Notes: generated by a model from the sequence alone, not told the origin. Positions 50,592-61,866 are shown, counted from the stretch's first letter. The stretch: 64,000 nt of DNA from an uncultured delta proteobacterium (GCA_963737265.1 CAVTRY010000011.1:1184001-1248000), one strand, 5' to 3'. Numbers and translations: made by a program.

Positions 50592-52979
50592 ATGAAGTAT
50601 TTTTCGCTGACCACGCCCGTCCTCGGCGCATGGGTGTGTGCAGCCAGTCTGCTTGGCTGCGCGCACGGCATGGCAGCGAAGCCCGCCCCGCTCAGCAAGG
50701 CAGCGCAGGCCATCGCCAGCGAAGCACGCACCGTCGCCAGCATCGCCACCGAGGAAGACTTCTTCGAAGCCAAATTGCTCTACCAGGCATTGCCCGAGGG
50801 GGCCGACGAGCAGGCGCGTCTGCGACTCAAGCTGCTCGACTACCTTCTCGACCCCATCGCGCGACTCAACGCCGAGCAATTGCGACGCAATCCCGGCATG
50901 CTCGGCAGCGAGGACGATTTCGATCGACTGCAGGACTCGTTTCGCGACGCCCTTGAGCTCATCTCGCCGGGTTCGCTGTGGGTCGCGGGCGGGCCACCGC
51001 TTGCGGATCGCGAGCGCCAACTCCTAAGCGACTCGGCCAAGCTGCTCGTAGGGGCCTACTCTCCGCGCGGCAATGAGCCCCCCGTCGCGCTCGCTCTCTT
51101 CGTGCTTCAGTCCATTGACCCAACCAATCGCGAATGGCCGGCGCGGCTCGACCAGCTCCTTTCCTGGGTCGATTCCGGCGCGCAAATATCGCCCGGTCAA
51201 CAGGGGCCGCGTCGCCTCGCCACCCTGGCCGATATCCTCGAAAGCGCGGCGGCGGTCTGGCCCGCCCCCGCGCTGCTCGATCGCTTGTCAAATCTCGCCG
51301 TCGGCCGCCAGGACAAAGTAACGGGTATCCTGCGCCGCCCCATCGGAACCGGCGAAGGCGCGCGCAATCTACTCAGTGAGCTTCTGCTCGACACCGAATC
51401 GCTTTCCGCCATGTCGGTGGCCGCCGCGTCGACCTATCTCCGTTGCGGGCAGATCGCGAAGGCTGGGCAGGTTGCCGCCAGCTTTTCCGACAAGACAGGG
51501 GACGACCCGGAATTCCGCCAGCTCGTCGCGGCGGCGCTCGCGCCGGCGAAGCCGGCCGACTACCTGGCGTTGGCGCGGCGGTTCCTTCCCCGCAACTCGC
51601 TCCTGCGTGGCACGTCCACCGATCGCATCGATCCGGCGGCAGCCATGGGTGTCTTGCGCCAGGGACTATCGACCTACCCCGACGATCCGGATCTGCTCCT
51701 CGTGGCCTCGCGGGTCGCTCGCATGCTGTCCCAACCCCTGCTGTCGTTGCGCTTGCTCGACGAAACCACGGCGGCGCTCGCGTCCCGCAAGGCCGGCGTG
51801 GATACCCTCAGCGATCTCGCCGCCGAGCGCATGGAACTGTCCTTCCTGCGCCTGAAAATGCGCATGGATCCGGACCGCATCGCGCAGGCCGAGGTCGAAG
51901 CAAGCCAGCTACGCGCCCAGCTCGCCGATGCGCGCAACCGCTTCGGCGCCGCACGTTTCAAATTCGACGAGGCGGAAATCGACTACCTGCTGGCAGGAGG
52001 ACTGGTCGATGCGGGCCAAATCGAAAAGGCAGCGCCACTTCTCGAGCGCGCGAATCGCGATGGCGACGCTGGCGTGGACGCCACACGGCAGCTGGCCAAC
52101 CTTTCCATCAAGCGCGGCGATCCCCAACAAGCCATCACGATCTTGCGCCAAGCGATCGATTCGCGCGAGCACAACGCGCCCGCCGAGGACACCATCCCCT
52201 ATGTTGAAGGCCAGGCCAAGCTGTCGTTCGTGCTTGGCAATGCCTACGAGATCGCCGCCGACCTCGACGACGCGCGCAAGGCTTGGGCGGGTGCCGCGCA
52301 CGGCTGGGAGCGCCTCATGCTCGAACAGCTCCGGCGCAAGAACCTCGCCTCGTCCACCGAGGCCACCATCGAGGTCGGGCGACTTTACTACCTTCTTGGC
52401 CGGCGCGAGGAAGGCCTGCGCAAGCTCGACGAGGCCATCGCGCAAGATGAAGATCGCGACCAAAGCTACCTCGATTCCATCGCTTTTCTCGTCCAACGCG
52501 GGGAAGCCGAGGCCGCCCTCGATATCTATCGGCGGGCCATGGCCAGGCCGGGACGTTCAGTGTCCGAGTACGTGAAAGTCTACGCCTCGCTGTGGATCCT
52601 GGACCTTACCCGGCGCAGCGCCAATGCACCCGATGCGGGAGCCATGGCCTATCTTCGCGCTATCGCCGGCCGCAAGGTGCTGCTGCGCCCGCCGCGGGCC
52701 GCGCTCTGGTACACCGAGCTTGCCCGCTACGCCACCGGCCAGATCGACTACGCCGCGCTTCTCGCCAAGGCCGATACCACTGGCAAGCGCGCCGAGGCTT
52801 ACTTTTACGAAGCCATGCGCCGGCTGTCGAACGGACACAGCGACGAAGCCCATGCTCTGTGGAGCAAGGTCGTGGAGACCAAGATGATGTCCTTCTTCGA
52901 GTTCGAGATGGCATCGCGCTACCTCCGCACCGGCGCACCGGCGCGCCCCGAGGGCGCAGACAAATCCGAAACCATCTAG
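50592..52979 (+). CDS. TPR-repeat lipoprotein
   Basis: Lipobox LLGC, TPR-like helices and C-terminal EAYFYEA...FFEFEMA. Confidence 0.8.
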   Translation: MKYFSLTTPVLGAWVCAASLLGCAHGMAAKPAPLSKAAQAIASEARTVASIATEEDFFEAKLLYQALPEGADEQARLRLKLLDYLLDPIARLNAEQLRRNPGMLGSEDDFDRLQDSFRDALELISPGSLWVAGGPPLADRERQLLSDSAKLLVGAYSPRGNEPPVALALFVLQSIDPTNREWPARLDQLLSWVDSGAQISPGQQGPRRLATLADILESAAAVWPAPALLDRLSNLAVGRQDKVTGILRRPIGTGEGARNLLSELLLDTESLSAMSVAAASTYLRCGQIAKAGQVAASFSDKTGDDPEFRQLVAAALAPAKPADYLALARRFLPRNSLLRGTSTDRIDPAAAMGVLRQGLSTYPDDPDLLLVASRVARMLSQPLLSLRLLDETTAALASRKAGVDTLSDLAAERMELSFLRLKMRMDPDRIAQAEVEASQLRAQLADARNRFGAARFKFDEAEIDYLLAGGLVDAGQIEKAAPLLERANRDGDAGVDATRQLANLSIKRGDPQQAITILRQAIDSREHNAPAEDTIPYVEGQAKLSFVLGNAYEIAADLDDARKAWAGAAHGWERLMLEQLRRKNLASSTEATIEVGRLYYLLGRREEGLRKLDEAIAQDEDRDQSYLDSIAFLVQRGEAEAALDIYRRAMARPGRSVSEYVKVYASLWILDLTRRSANAPDAGAMAYLRAIAGRKVLLRPPRAALWYTELARYATGQIDYAALLAKADTTGKRAEAYFYEAMRRLSNGHSDEAHALWSKVVETKMMSFFEFEMASRYLRTGAPARPEGADKSETI

Positions 52980-53075
52980 ACGTCGCGCGCGCCACACATA
53001 GCGACGCGAGCGGTTCGTTCGATAGCGGTTGACGCTTCCGGCGCTCCGTGTGCTACATAGAAGGCCTACGAATTC

Positions 53076-53147
53076 GGTGCCGTGGCCAAGTGGTAAGGCA
53101 AGGGTCTGCAAAACCCTCATTCCCCGGTTCAAATCCGGGCGGCACCT
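53076..53147 (+). tRNA. tRNA-Cys (GCA)
   Basis: GGTGCCG/CGGCACC acceptor stem, AGGGT-CTGCAAA-ACCCT anticodon arm, GGTTCAAATCC T-arm and U73. CCA is not encoded; TTGACG lies upstream at 53029. Confidence 0.96.
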
Positions 53148-53189
53148 CAAGACGTGTCTGCCAATCGCAGGCCGAGCCCCGGCCGAGCG

Positions 53190-53265
53190 AGCAAGCCCGC
53201 CCGCGAGGCGCGACGAGCGCACATAGCGCGGGCTCTGTAAGCGAGGAGAGACGAGGCGGGCGGGC
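53190..53265. repeat. Possible degenerate REP-like intergenic element
   Basis: GAGGCGCGACGAGCGCACATAGC...TGTAAGCGAGGAG resembles REP-type repeats of deltaproteobacterial genomes (recalled, not searched); single copy here. Confidence 0.3.
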
Positions 53266-53456
53266 GGCGCAGCCGGACGGGCGACGGGAGCGATTGATGG
53301 ACACGTCTTCAGTATCGGAACGAATCGGCCGGCCGCCTGTTTTTTGATGAACGATTGGGCGACATCGATCACACTTATCCTACGCGATTCGTTGGTGCAG
53401 CGGCAAAGACTCGCCGATATACTGCCGGCCAGCGGCAGCCCCAACGTCGCTCCATC

Positions 53457-55433
53457 ATGTCCCGCTCTCACGCAGCCCTCATCGTCGATGCCGATCCGCA
53501 AGGGCTTGAGTCCCTGGTGTACGGTTTTCAAGGTGCCGACTGGCGTATCACCGCCTGTCCGGTTCCAGAAACGGCGTCACTGCTGGTCAAGGCATCGGGC
53601 GCGGAAATCGTGGTGATTGCCTCGCGCGGCGAGCACGAAGAAGCTTACGACCTTGTGCGCCAGATGCGTGGGCAGGATGCCTTTCGCGCCCTGCCCGTCC
53701 TCGTGCTCGGACCCGAGGAACTGCGCTCGCCGCTGAAAGAATGGGGAAATGTCGACCTTCTGCCCCTACCCTCGTTCGTGCGTGATGTTCTGACCGCCAG
53801 CCAGGTGCTGGTCGTGGCAAGCGCGACGGCGGCCCAAAATCCCGGCGACAATCCGCGCTACGCGAGCCCGACCACGCCAGTCGAAACCCTTTCGCTAGTG
53901 CGGACCATGAATGGACTCGGGCGCTCTGGCCTGCTGCGCCTCGAACATGCGGAACGCCATGGTGAAATCTGGTTTCACGACGGAGAGCTAACGGCGGCCC
54001 AGTTTGGCCAGCTCGAAGGTGCCCCGGCGATACAGCACTTGCTTCTGTGGGAAAGCAGCGCCATCGAGCTGCTGCTGCGGCCGGTAGCCAGGCGTGGGCA
54101 GCTCCACCAAACCGCGCAGGAATTTTTCGAAGAGCTCGGTCGCTTTCAAAGGGATTTCACCCACGCGACGAAGGACATCGGGCCGACCACCACCGTCTAC
54201 ACCAAAGATGAAGACCGCCCTTTGCAATCGGCGGGCGACATTCCTGCCGAGGTGACCCCGGTGGTTCGCCTGTGCGACGGCCATCGCACGTTGTCGGATG
54301 TCATCGACGAGAGTCCCTTTCGCGTACTCGACACCGTCCGGGTGTTGAGCCGACTCATCGGGCTTGGAATTCTGACCCGGCGGAATCCCGGGCCAGAGCC
54401 AGCGGTCGCTCTTTCTCGCACGCCGCTTGACGAGTTCTGGGAAACCGCCCTCATCGTGGGTCCACCGAGCTCGCTCCCCACGCCCGCGCGAATTGGAGGC
54501 ACGCCAGCCCCGGTGCACGTCACCGAGGGTGGGGAGCCGGATTGGCGAGACGAGCCAGCCACGCGTCGCGAGGGCGAGAGGCGCGGCCGCAAACAAACAC
54601 TGGAGCTCGGCACGCCATCGGAGCCAACGCCACCGCCGTCGGGCCCGCCGACATCGTCGCCCGAGGAAGCCACGACGGTCGCTCACGCCGCTAACGCCAA
54701 GCCCGGAACGCAAGCCAGCGGCACCCTGGAGGTCCGCAAGGCCGATTGGCGCGCCCGGCCTAGCGTCCAAGCCAAAGTACACATCGGCGGCGACCTCGGG
54801 TCCATCGTTGTGGATATACACGACGGCAAGACGGCACGTGCGACGGAAGCGCCGAGACAGAAGCCTCGTGCCGCCACGCCGCCGCAGACGGAAAGTGCCG
54901 CGACCCGAATCACGGGCGTGCTCCAGGTGACGCCCTCCGGCCGCTCGGCACGACCAACCTCCGCACCTGGACGTATCTCCATTCAACTAGACGCCTCGCT
55001 GGTTTCGCAAGCCGAGCGACAGAGCGACTCCCGACCACCAGCCACCAACACCAAGTCCGAGTCGAGCGGAACGCGTCTGGCAGGTGAGCTGCAGGTGACG
55101 CCGACGGGAAAGGCATCGCTCGCAGTAGCCAAGAGCGCATCTTCTTCCTTTCACATCGATCCGTCGCTGGCCGATCCGGCGTTGTTGCCCAAAGCTCCAG
55201 TCGCCAAGGACGCGCGTAAAGGTTCCACCGGCGGCGTGCCAGTGGAAAATCCCCACGGGCCGCACCGACCAAGCGGTGGCTTCTCGGCGATCGAGAGCGA
55301 CTTCTTCGAACGCGAAGCGGAGCTCTACAAAGAGGAGAAGGCCGAGTCCTTTACCGACCTCGAAGACGACCGCGACAAGGCTGGAGTCAAGAAAAGCAAC
55401 CCAGCGCCCATGGCCGGCAAGAGGAAGCGCTAG
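53457..55433 (+). CDS. Pseudo-receiver + DUF4388 domain protein with long Pro/Ser/Thr-rich tail
   Basis: ALIVDAD receiver-like start; RSGLLRLEHAERHGEIWFHDGELTAA. Confidence 0.75.
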   Translation: MSRSHAALIVDADPQGLESLVYGFQGADWRITACPVPETASLLVKASGAEIVVIASRGEHEEAYDLVRQMRGQDAFRALPVLVLGPEELRSPLKEWGNVDLLPLPSFVRDVLTASQVLVVASATAAQNPGDNPRYASPTTPVETLSLVRTMNGLGRSGLLRLEHAERHGEIWFHDGELTAAQFGQLEGAPAIQHLLLWESSAIELLLRPVARRGQLHQTAQEFFEELGRFQRDFTHATKDIGPTTTVYTKDEDRPLQSAGDIPAEVTPVVRLCDGHRTLSDVIDESPFRVLDTVRVLSRLIGLGILTRRNPGPEPAVALSRTPLDEFWETALIVGPPSSLPTPARIGGTPAPVHVTEGGEPDWRDEPATRREGERRGRKQTLELGTPSEPTPPPSGPPTSSPEEATTVAHAANAKPGTQASGTLEVRKADWRARPSVQAKVHIGGDLGSIVVDIHDGKTARATEAPRQKPRAATPPQTESAATRITGVLQVTPSGRSARPTSAPGRISIQLDASLVSQAERQSDSRPPATNTKSESSGTRLAGELQVTPTGKASLAVAKSASSSFHIDPSLADPALLPKAPVAKDARKGSTGGVPVENPHGPHRPSGGFSAIESDFFEREAELYKEEKAESFTDLEDDRDKAGVKKSNPAPMAGKRKR

Positions 55434-55700
55434 CGCGGGCTCGTTGCCAGCGCCGATCCGACCCGTTGCGGCAAGCTCGCGCGGTCTGTGCGTGCAGTCG
55501 AAAGTGTCGCAGCCAGCTTGGTCGAGGGCGGAACCCGCGGCTACAGGGCGTCGGCGTTTGTACCGATGTTCCTTGCAATGATCCCCCCTTGTTCTGCCTC
55601 GACCGTCGTTACGGTGAGGGCGAAAAATTCTCGCACGCCCACGTGGCGCCGCCCATAAGACGAATCACACAGAGCCTCTGATGCGCCGGGCGCAAATTCC

Positions 55701-56159
55701 ATGAGCCGCCGACCACGCGTGATCCTCCTTGTCGAGGACACCGACGACGATGCGGACTTGACGTTGCGGGCGTTTCGCACCAACGGTCCGCCATGCAAAA
55801 TCGTGCTCACGCGCGACGGGCGGCAGGCGCTTGACTACGTTTTCGCGCAAGGAGCCTTTACGGGCCGCGATGCGAGCTTGTCGCCCACGCTGATCCTTCT
55901 CGACCTGAAACTTCCATGCGTGAGCGGGCTCGAGGTCTTGCGTCAGCTACGCGCAAGCCCACAAACTGAAAATGTTCCCATCGTGGTCATGAGCTGCAGC
56001 ACCGAGGAAGCCGACATCGTCACCAGCTATCGTCTGGGCGCGAACAGCTACATCCGCAAGCCAGTCGACTTCGTCGAGTTCGCCGAGGCCATCGAGCTGC
56101 TCGGCCGCTACTGGCTAAGCCTCAATCAATCCTCGAACGCGGAGGGCGGGCGGACATGA
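55701..56159 (+). CDS. Single-domain response regulator (Rcp1-like)
   Basis: ILLVEDTDDD, LLDLKLP and SYRLGANSYIRKPVDF. Confidence 0.92.
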   Translation: MSRRPRVILLVEDTDDDADLTLRAFRTNGPPCKIVLTRDGRQALDYVFAQGAFTGRDASLSPTLILLDLKLPCVSGLEVLRQLRASPQTENVPIVVMSCSTEEADIVTSYRLGANSYIRKPVDFVEFAEAIELLGRYWLSLNQSSNAEGGRT

Positions 56160-58105
56160 GCGCGCAGCTCGGCGTTCTGTTTCTCGAGGACTCCGAGGAT
56201 GATGTTCTTCTCATCGTCCGACACCTCGAAAAGTTCGGCTTCGCCGTCGATTCTTGCCGGGTGGATACGCCGGACGCTTTTCGCGCTGCCCTCAAGGAAG
56301 ATTCCTGGGACATCGTCATCAGCGACTACTCGCTGCCCGGACTCGACGCCTTGTCGGCGATCGCGATTTTCAAGCAGAGCGGACCGGACATTCCCTTCCT
56401 GGTCGTTTCCGGGGCGGTGGGCGAAGAGACGGCGGTCGAGGTGCTGAAGTCCGGCGCGCACGACGTCCTAATCAAGAACAATCTGGCGCGCCTGGTGCCC
56501 GCGGTGAAGCGAGAGATTCGGGAAGCCATCGAGCGCCGAGCGCGGCGTGAGGCCGAAGAGGCGCTTGCCGCGAGCGAGATCAAATTCCGCCGCATCGTCG
56601 AAACGGCCCACGAAGGCATTTGGATGCTGGACCAAAACGGCCACACCACCTACATGAATCGCCGCATGGCCGACATGCTGGGCCTAGACGAGGCTGGAGC
56701 GGCGGCCGCGACGCCGGTGCAGTTTCTGGCCGAAAGCAAAGTGGCCGAGGTCATCGCCAGCTACCTGCGCCGCGAGACCGACGGCACCACAACCTACCGC
56801 GCGCAGTGCCGATTGCGGCGCGCGGACGGATCGGCGCTGTGGGGCATGTTGGCTTTCCATTCCATCATCGACGAAAACGGAAGCTGCTTTGGCCATCTGG
56901 CGACCATCTTCGATGTCACAGAACATCGCCGGCTGCAGGAGCAGTTGATGGTGTCCGATCGCATGGCCTCGGTCGGCATTCTGGCCGCCGGTGTCGCGCA
57001 CGAAATCAACAACCCGCTCGCCGCCGTGCTTACCAACTTGCACATGGCGCTGGAATGCCTTCCCACGCTGAAGCTGGATGCGACGAGCGAGAAGGATCGG
57101 GGCGAGCTTGATGAGGAGCTGCGCGACGCGATGGAGGCGTCCGAACGCCTGCGCGACATCGTGCGCGACCTCAAGATTTTCTCACGCACGCCGGAGACAT
57201 CCATGGGTCCGGTGGATATTCAGCGCATCCTCGAATCGTCGCTGCGCATGGCCTGGAACGAGCTCAAGCACCGTGCCCGTGTCGTGCGCGAATACCAGCC
57301 CGTCCCGCTCGTTCACGGCGATGAATCTCGCCTTGGTCAGGTTTTCCTCAACCTCATCGTCAACGCCGTTCACGCTCTGGAAGAGGGCCGCGCCGACAAC
57401 AACACCATCACTATCTCCACCGCAGTCGAGGCGCGTGGCCGCGTCGTGGTCGAAGTCCGCGACACCGGCTCCGGGATGTCGCAAGAGGTGCAAAGTCACC
57501 TCTTCACGCCGTTCTACACGACCAAGCCCGTGGGCGTCGGTACCGGCCTTGGGCTTTCCATCTGCAACCGCATCGTACAGGCCTTGGGCGGCGAAATCCT
57601 CGTCGACAGCGAAGTCGGGAAGGGCAGCACCTTCCGAGTATTCCTGCCACCGTCCGAGGCCACCAGCACGGTCCGCAAGACGAACCGCATCCGCCGCCCC
57701 ATTGCCGCTCTCTCGGCGCGAGTCCTGGTCATCGACGACGAACCCATCGTAGGCACGGCGCTCAAGCGTGTGATGGGCAAGGAAAACGACGTCATCACGG
57801 AAACCAGCGCGCGCAAGGCCCTTGAACGTATCCGCGCCGGCGAACAGGTCGATCTCATCCTGTGCGATCTCATGATGCCCGACATGACGGGCGTGGACTT
57901 TTACAACGAGCTGCACGCCTTCGCGCCCGAACGCGCGGCCGACATCGTGTTCATGACCGGCGGCGCCTTCACGCCAAAAGCGCGCAATTTTCTCGACACC
58001 GTCCCCAACGAGCGCCTGGAAAAGCCCTTCGATATGGTCACGCTCAAGAATCTGGTGCAGGAACACTTGCTCACGCACCCGATCGGCACCGGAAAGAAAG
58101 GGTGA
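56156..58105 (+). CDS. Hybrid histidine kinase REC-PAS-HisKA-HATPase-REC
   Basis: AGVAHEINNPL, NLIVNA, DTGSGM and GTGLGL, with receiver domains at both ends. Confidence 0.93.
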   Translation: MSAQLGVLFLEDSEDDVLLIVRHLEKFGFAVDSCRVDTPDAFRAALKEDSWDIVISDYSLPGLDALSAIAIFKQSGPDIPFLVVSGAVGEETAVEVLKSGAHDVLIKNNLARLVPAVKREIREAIERRARREAEEALAASEIKFRRIVETAHEGIWMLDQNGHTTYMNRRMADMLGLDEAGAAAATPVQFLAESKVAEVIASYLRRETDGTTTYRAQCRLRRADGSALWGMLAFHSIIDENGSCFGHLATIFDVTEHRRLQEQLMVSDRMASVGILAAGVAHEINNPLAAVLTNLHMALECLPTLKLDATSEKDRGELDEELRDAMEASERLRDIVRDLKIFSRTPETSMGPVDIQRILESSLRMAWNELKHRARVVREYQPVPLVHGDESRLGQVFLNLIVNAVHALEEGRADNNTITISTAVEARGRVVVEVRDTGSGMSQEVQSHLFTPFYTTKPVGVGTGLGLSICNRIVQALGGEILVDSEVGKGSTFRVFLPPSEATSTVRKTNRIRRPIAALSARVLVIDDEPIVGTALKRVMGKENDVITETSARKALERIRAGEQVDLILCDLMMPDMTGVDFYNELHAFAPERAADIVFMTGGAFTPKARNFLDTVPNERLEKPFDMVTLKNLVQEHLLTHPIGTGKKG

Positions 58106-58149
58106 CCCGATCATGGTGCGGGCTTCGCCCGCCTCCCAAGGCTTCGGGC

Positions 58150-59544
58150 TCAAATCCCCAGTTTCTTCAGCTTGTCGATAAGTGTCGTCCGCCCGATGCC
58201 GAGAAGGACGGCGGCCTTCGACTTGTTGTTTTCCGACCGGCGCATCGCCGTGCCAATCAGCGCGCGCTCGAAACGCGCCACGGAGGTCGGCAGGTCGACT
58301 CCGTTTTCCGAAAGATCCCATAGCGTGCGCGCCACCGTCTCGCCGGTCTCGCCGCCCAAGGTCGGTGGTACGTCGTCGGCATCGATGGTGCCATCGCGAT
58401 CCAGGATGGCCATGCGCTCGATGAGATTCTCCAGCTCGCGCACGTTGCCCGGCCAGCCGTAAAGTTGCAGCACGGCCAACGCCTTATCCGACAGTGCCAG
58501 CGGGCGAGCCAACCGGCGCGCGGCGCGCTCGAGAAAATGGGCCGCGAGCGTGGGCACGTCTTCAAGACGATCGCGCAGAGGTGGAACGTGGATGGGAACC
58601 ACATTGAGCCGGAAAAACAGATCCTGCCTGAACCGGCCTTCGCGCACCATCGCATCGAGGTCGCGATTGGTAGCGGCAAGGAAGCGCACGTTGATCTGAT
58701 ACGAGCGCTCCGACCCGACGGGGGTCACGGACTGGTCTTGTAATACGCGCAGGAGTCGGGCTTGCATCGACAGAGCCAGCTCGCCGACCTCGTCGAGCAG
58801 CACCGTCCCGCCGTCCGCCTCGCGCAGACGGCCGAGGCGCGTTTCGTGGGCGCTCGTAAAGGCCCCTTTGACGTGGCCGAAGAGCTCGCTTTCGATCAGC
58901 GATTCGGGAATAGCGGCGCAGTTCACCGCCACCAGACGCTGGCCAGCTCGCGGCGACGAGGCGTGCAAGAGCCGCGCGATGACCTCCTTGCCGCTGCCAG
59001 TTTCCCCCGAGATCAGAACCGTGGCGTCGGTTGGACCTACCTGCTGGACAACATCGAGCAGATTCTGCAAGACTCGGGATCTGCCGAGCAAAACGGCACC
59101 ACTCCCCGCCAGGGTTGGGCTACCGTCCGCCGGGGTTGGTTTGGTCTTCGTCGGGAGACCCGCGGCCTGACCCATCGCCGTTCGCACGACTTCGGTGAGC
59201 GCCGTGGGGTGGAACGGCTTGGTCAGGAAATCGAACGCACCTTCCCGCATTGCGCGCACAGAATCCGGCACGCTACCCGCGCCGGTCAAAATGATCACCG
59301 GCGTCCGCGGCTGCTTTCTGCGCACGAACTCGAGCACGGCAAAGCCATCCGCCAGCGGCATGAACAAGTCGGACACCACGATGTCGAAGTGGTTGTCCTC
59401 GACCTTGCGAATGGCTTCGGCTCCGTCGCCCGCGTCCATGACCTCCATGTCGAGATGGCGCAGCAGCCTGGCGAGGGTCGAGCGCACGACATCGTCGTCA
59501 TCAGCAACGAGCGCCGTCTTTCCCTGAAACGAACCTTCTTTCAT
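58150..59544 (-). CDS. Sigma54-dependent response regulator (NtrC family)
   Basis: REC, GETGSGKE, ESELFGHVKGAFTSA, WPGNVRELEN and a Fis HTH. Confidence 0.94.
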   Translation of the reverse strand: MKEGSFQGKTALVADDDDVVRSTLARLLRHLDMEVMDAGDGAEAIRKVEDNHFDIVVSDLFMPLADGFAVLEFVRRKQPRTPVIILTGAGSVPDSVRAMREGAFDFLTKPFHPTALTEVVRTAMGQAAGLPTKTKPTPADGSPTLAGSGAVLLGRSRVLQNLLDVVQQVGPTDATVLISGETGSGKEVIARLLHASSPRAGQRLVAVNCAAIPESLIESELFGHVKGAFTSAHETRLGRLREADGGTVLLDEVGELALSMQARLLRVLQDQSVTPVGSERSYQINVRFLAATNRDLDAMVREGRFRQDLFFRLNVVPIHVPPLRDRLEDVPTLAAHFLERAARRLARPLALSDKALAVLQLYGWPGNVRELENLIERMAILDRDGTIDADDVPPTLGGETGETVARTLWDLSENGVDLPTSVARFERALIGTAMRRSENNKSKAAVLLGIGRTTLIDKLKKLGI

Positions 59545-59613
59545 TGCCCCGTTCCATTCGGAATCGGCGGAAAACGCCGAAGCCTTGAACAGGGAGCGGG
59601 CGGACGTGAACAG

Positions 59614-61866
59614 CTACCCGGAATTTAGGACCTCCCGCAGACGACGCAGCAGATCCTCGGGTGAAAACGGCTTGAGCATGATGAAGCCGCCCCGATCCGG
59701 TGTTCCATTGCGCGCTGATTCGTCGTCGGCGTAGCCGGTCATGAACAGCACCTTCACCGCTGGAAATCGCCCCGCGACGTGCGCAGCAAGCTCGCGGCCA
59801 CCCATGCCTGGCATAACCACGTCGGTAATCAGCGCATCGATGGGAGTCGTCAGTTCCTGGCATAAGGACATCGCTTCGTCGCCGCCGCGCGCCGCGATGA
59901 CCCGGTAGCCCACCTGATCGAGAATCCTCGCAACGACCTTGCGCAGGAGATCCTCGTCCTCCACGAGCAGAACCGTCTCGGTGCACGGCTCGCCATCGGC
60001 GCCCCTCGACGTCTCAGCCGAGTCGTCGGTCACGCGCGGCAAATAGATCTCGACGCACGTGCCCTTGTCGGGTTCGCTTCGCACGCGGATCTTGCCGCCG
60101 CTTTGTTTGACGATGCCGTACACCACGGGCAAGCCAAGGCCGCTGCCACGGCTCGTTTCCTTGGTCGTGAAAAAGGGCTCGAATGCCTGGGCAAGCACCT
60201 CGGACGACATGCCACAGCCGGAATCGGAAATTCGCAGAAGCGCATACTCGCCCGCGGCGATGGTATCGAAGGCCCCCGTCTCGGCAACGGCCAAGCGCGC
60301 GATGCAGGTTTCAATCGTCAGGCTGCCACCCTCCGGCATCGCATCGCGTGCGTTTAGCCCAAGGTTGATGATGACTTGCTCGATCTGCGACGGGTCGGTC
60401 TTGACCTTTCCTACGTCGGCGGCAAGCCGGGACGACAAGGTGATCTGCTCGCCAATCAGTCGGCGCAACATGGTTTCGACGCTGCTTACGATGGCGTTCA
60501 ACTCGACCACCTGAGGTTGCAGCACCTGGCGCCGCGAGAATGCGAGCAGACGCCTGGTGATGCCAGCCGCACGATCCGCGGCTTTTCGGATCTCGCCGAT
60601 GTCGGAGCGCAGGAGCTCGTCGTCGTCCGCTTCGCCCGCGCCTTGCAGCGCCAGATCGGCAAAAGCGATGATGGCGTTCAGCGCGTTGTTCATATCGTGA
60701 GCGACGCCGCCGGCCAGGCGACCCACCGCCTCCAGCTTCTGGGTCTGCCGCACTTGTTCTTCGCTGGAACGTAAGGCCGTCTCCATTTCCTTGCGGCTCG
60801 TGATGTCGCTGACCACGGCAATGGCGCCGATCACGCGCCCGTCGGAATTGCGGTAAGGGGCGAGCGTGGCGATGGCCCACACGGGATTGCCGGTGCCTGA
60901 GCGATTCACCGGCATGTCGGGCGACAACACGACCTCTCCGGCCAGGACGCGGCCAAGGGTGTGCTCGAAGCTGTCCGCGCCCAAGTCCGGAAAAAACTCC
61001 GCGAGGCGGCGCCCGTGCACATCGAGGCCGGCGATCCCCAAGAAGCGCTCCATGAAGGGATTGCACTGCACCACGCGCCCATCCCTGTCCATCACCACGA
61101 TGCCAGAGCCCACGTTTTCAAGCACCTCGCGATGGAGCTGCAACGCTTCGCTCAGATTCTCGGCGGCGCGTTTGCGTTCCTTCAGGTTCGACAACCATTT
61201 CGCCAGGGTTACCTCCGAGCGCCAGCCGCCGGAGATCTCAGCCTGCGGAGTGAAATAGAAATTGTGCGTGGCTTCGCTGCCCAGCACCGCAATCGGATGG
61301 GCCAGCAATACATCGAGAAGGGCCTCGGGCGGGAACTTGCCACGATGGTACTGGCACATGCCAAGCGCGGCGCAGTCGCGAAAAAACGCCCCCATTAGGC
61401 CCTCGTGTTCGAGCAAACGCTCGGTTCCCTGCGTCTGGCGCAAGGTCCAGGACATCTCGCTCGTCACTCGCAGCGCTGTCCATCCGTCCGCCAACGCCAT
61501 GGCCGTCATCGCGTGCAATTGATCGAGCGCGCGTTCGGCGGAAAAGCCCCCGCCCTTGCCGTACATTTGCTTGGCGGACAGAAACACCATCTGGCCTCGG
61601 CCCTCGGCGCTATCGATATCAACGCCCCCGTCGCGAAGCAACGCCATAGCGTTCTCGGGTGACTGGGAATCGTAAATGTAGAGCACGCGCTGCCGCTCGT
61701 CCAAACCCGCCTGCACGAAAGAAGCCACGACCGCCTTGTGCTCGTCCCCGTTGCCGTGGATGAAGCAGGCGTGGTCGCCGGTGCGCAGATCCGCCACGGT
61801 CCGCAACCGGCGTGAACCGGTTCCTCTCGGGTTTTCTAGCGGCGAGCGTATCTTGGGAATCGACAT
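59614..61866 (-). CDS. Hybrid histidine kinase MEDS-PAS-HisKA-HATPase-REC
   Basis: GDHACFIH (MEDS), GGVAHDMNN, NARDAMPEGG and a C-terminal receiver. Confidence 0.9.
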   Translation of the reverse strand: MSIPKIRSPLENPRGTGSRRLRTVADLRTGDHACFIHGNGDEHKAVVASFVQAGLDERQRVLYIYDSQSPENAMALLRDGGVDIDSAEGRGQMVFLSAKQMYGKGGGFSAERALDQLHAMTAMALADGWTALRVTSEMSWTLRQTQGTERLLEHEGLMGAFFRDCAALGMCQYHRGKFPPEALLDVLLAHPIAVLGSEATHNFYFTPQAEISGGWRSEVTLAKWLSNLKERKRAAENLSEALQLHREVLENVGSGIVVMDRDGRVVQCNPFMERFLGIAGLDVHGRRLAEFFPDLGADSFEHTLGRVLAGEVVLSPDMPVNRSGTGNPVWAIATLAPYRNSDGRVIGAIAVVSDITSRKEMETALRSSEEQVRQTQKLEAVGRLAGGVAHDMNNALNAIIAFADLALQGAGEADDDELLRSDIGEIRKAADRAAGITRRLLAFSRRQVLQPQVVELNAIVSSVETMLRRLIGEQITLSSRLAADVGKVKTDPSQIEQVIINLGLNARDAMPEGGSLTIETCIARLAVAETGAFDTIAAGEYALLRISDSGCGMSSEVLAQAFEPFFTTKETSRGSGLGLPVVYGIVKQSGGKIRVRSEPDKGTCVEIYLPRVTDDSAETSRGADGEPCTETVLLVEDEDLLRKVVARILDQVGYRVIAARGGDEAMSLCQELTTPIDALITDVVMPGMGGRELAAHVAGRFPAVKVLFMTGYADDESARNGTPDRGGFIMLKPFSPEDLLRRLREVLNSG

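Noticed and set aside
53076-53147. Genomic island integrated at tRNA-Cys
   Set aside because: No adjacent integrase and no duplicated tRNA 3' end within the window.
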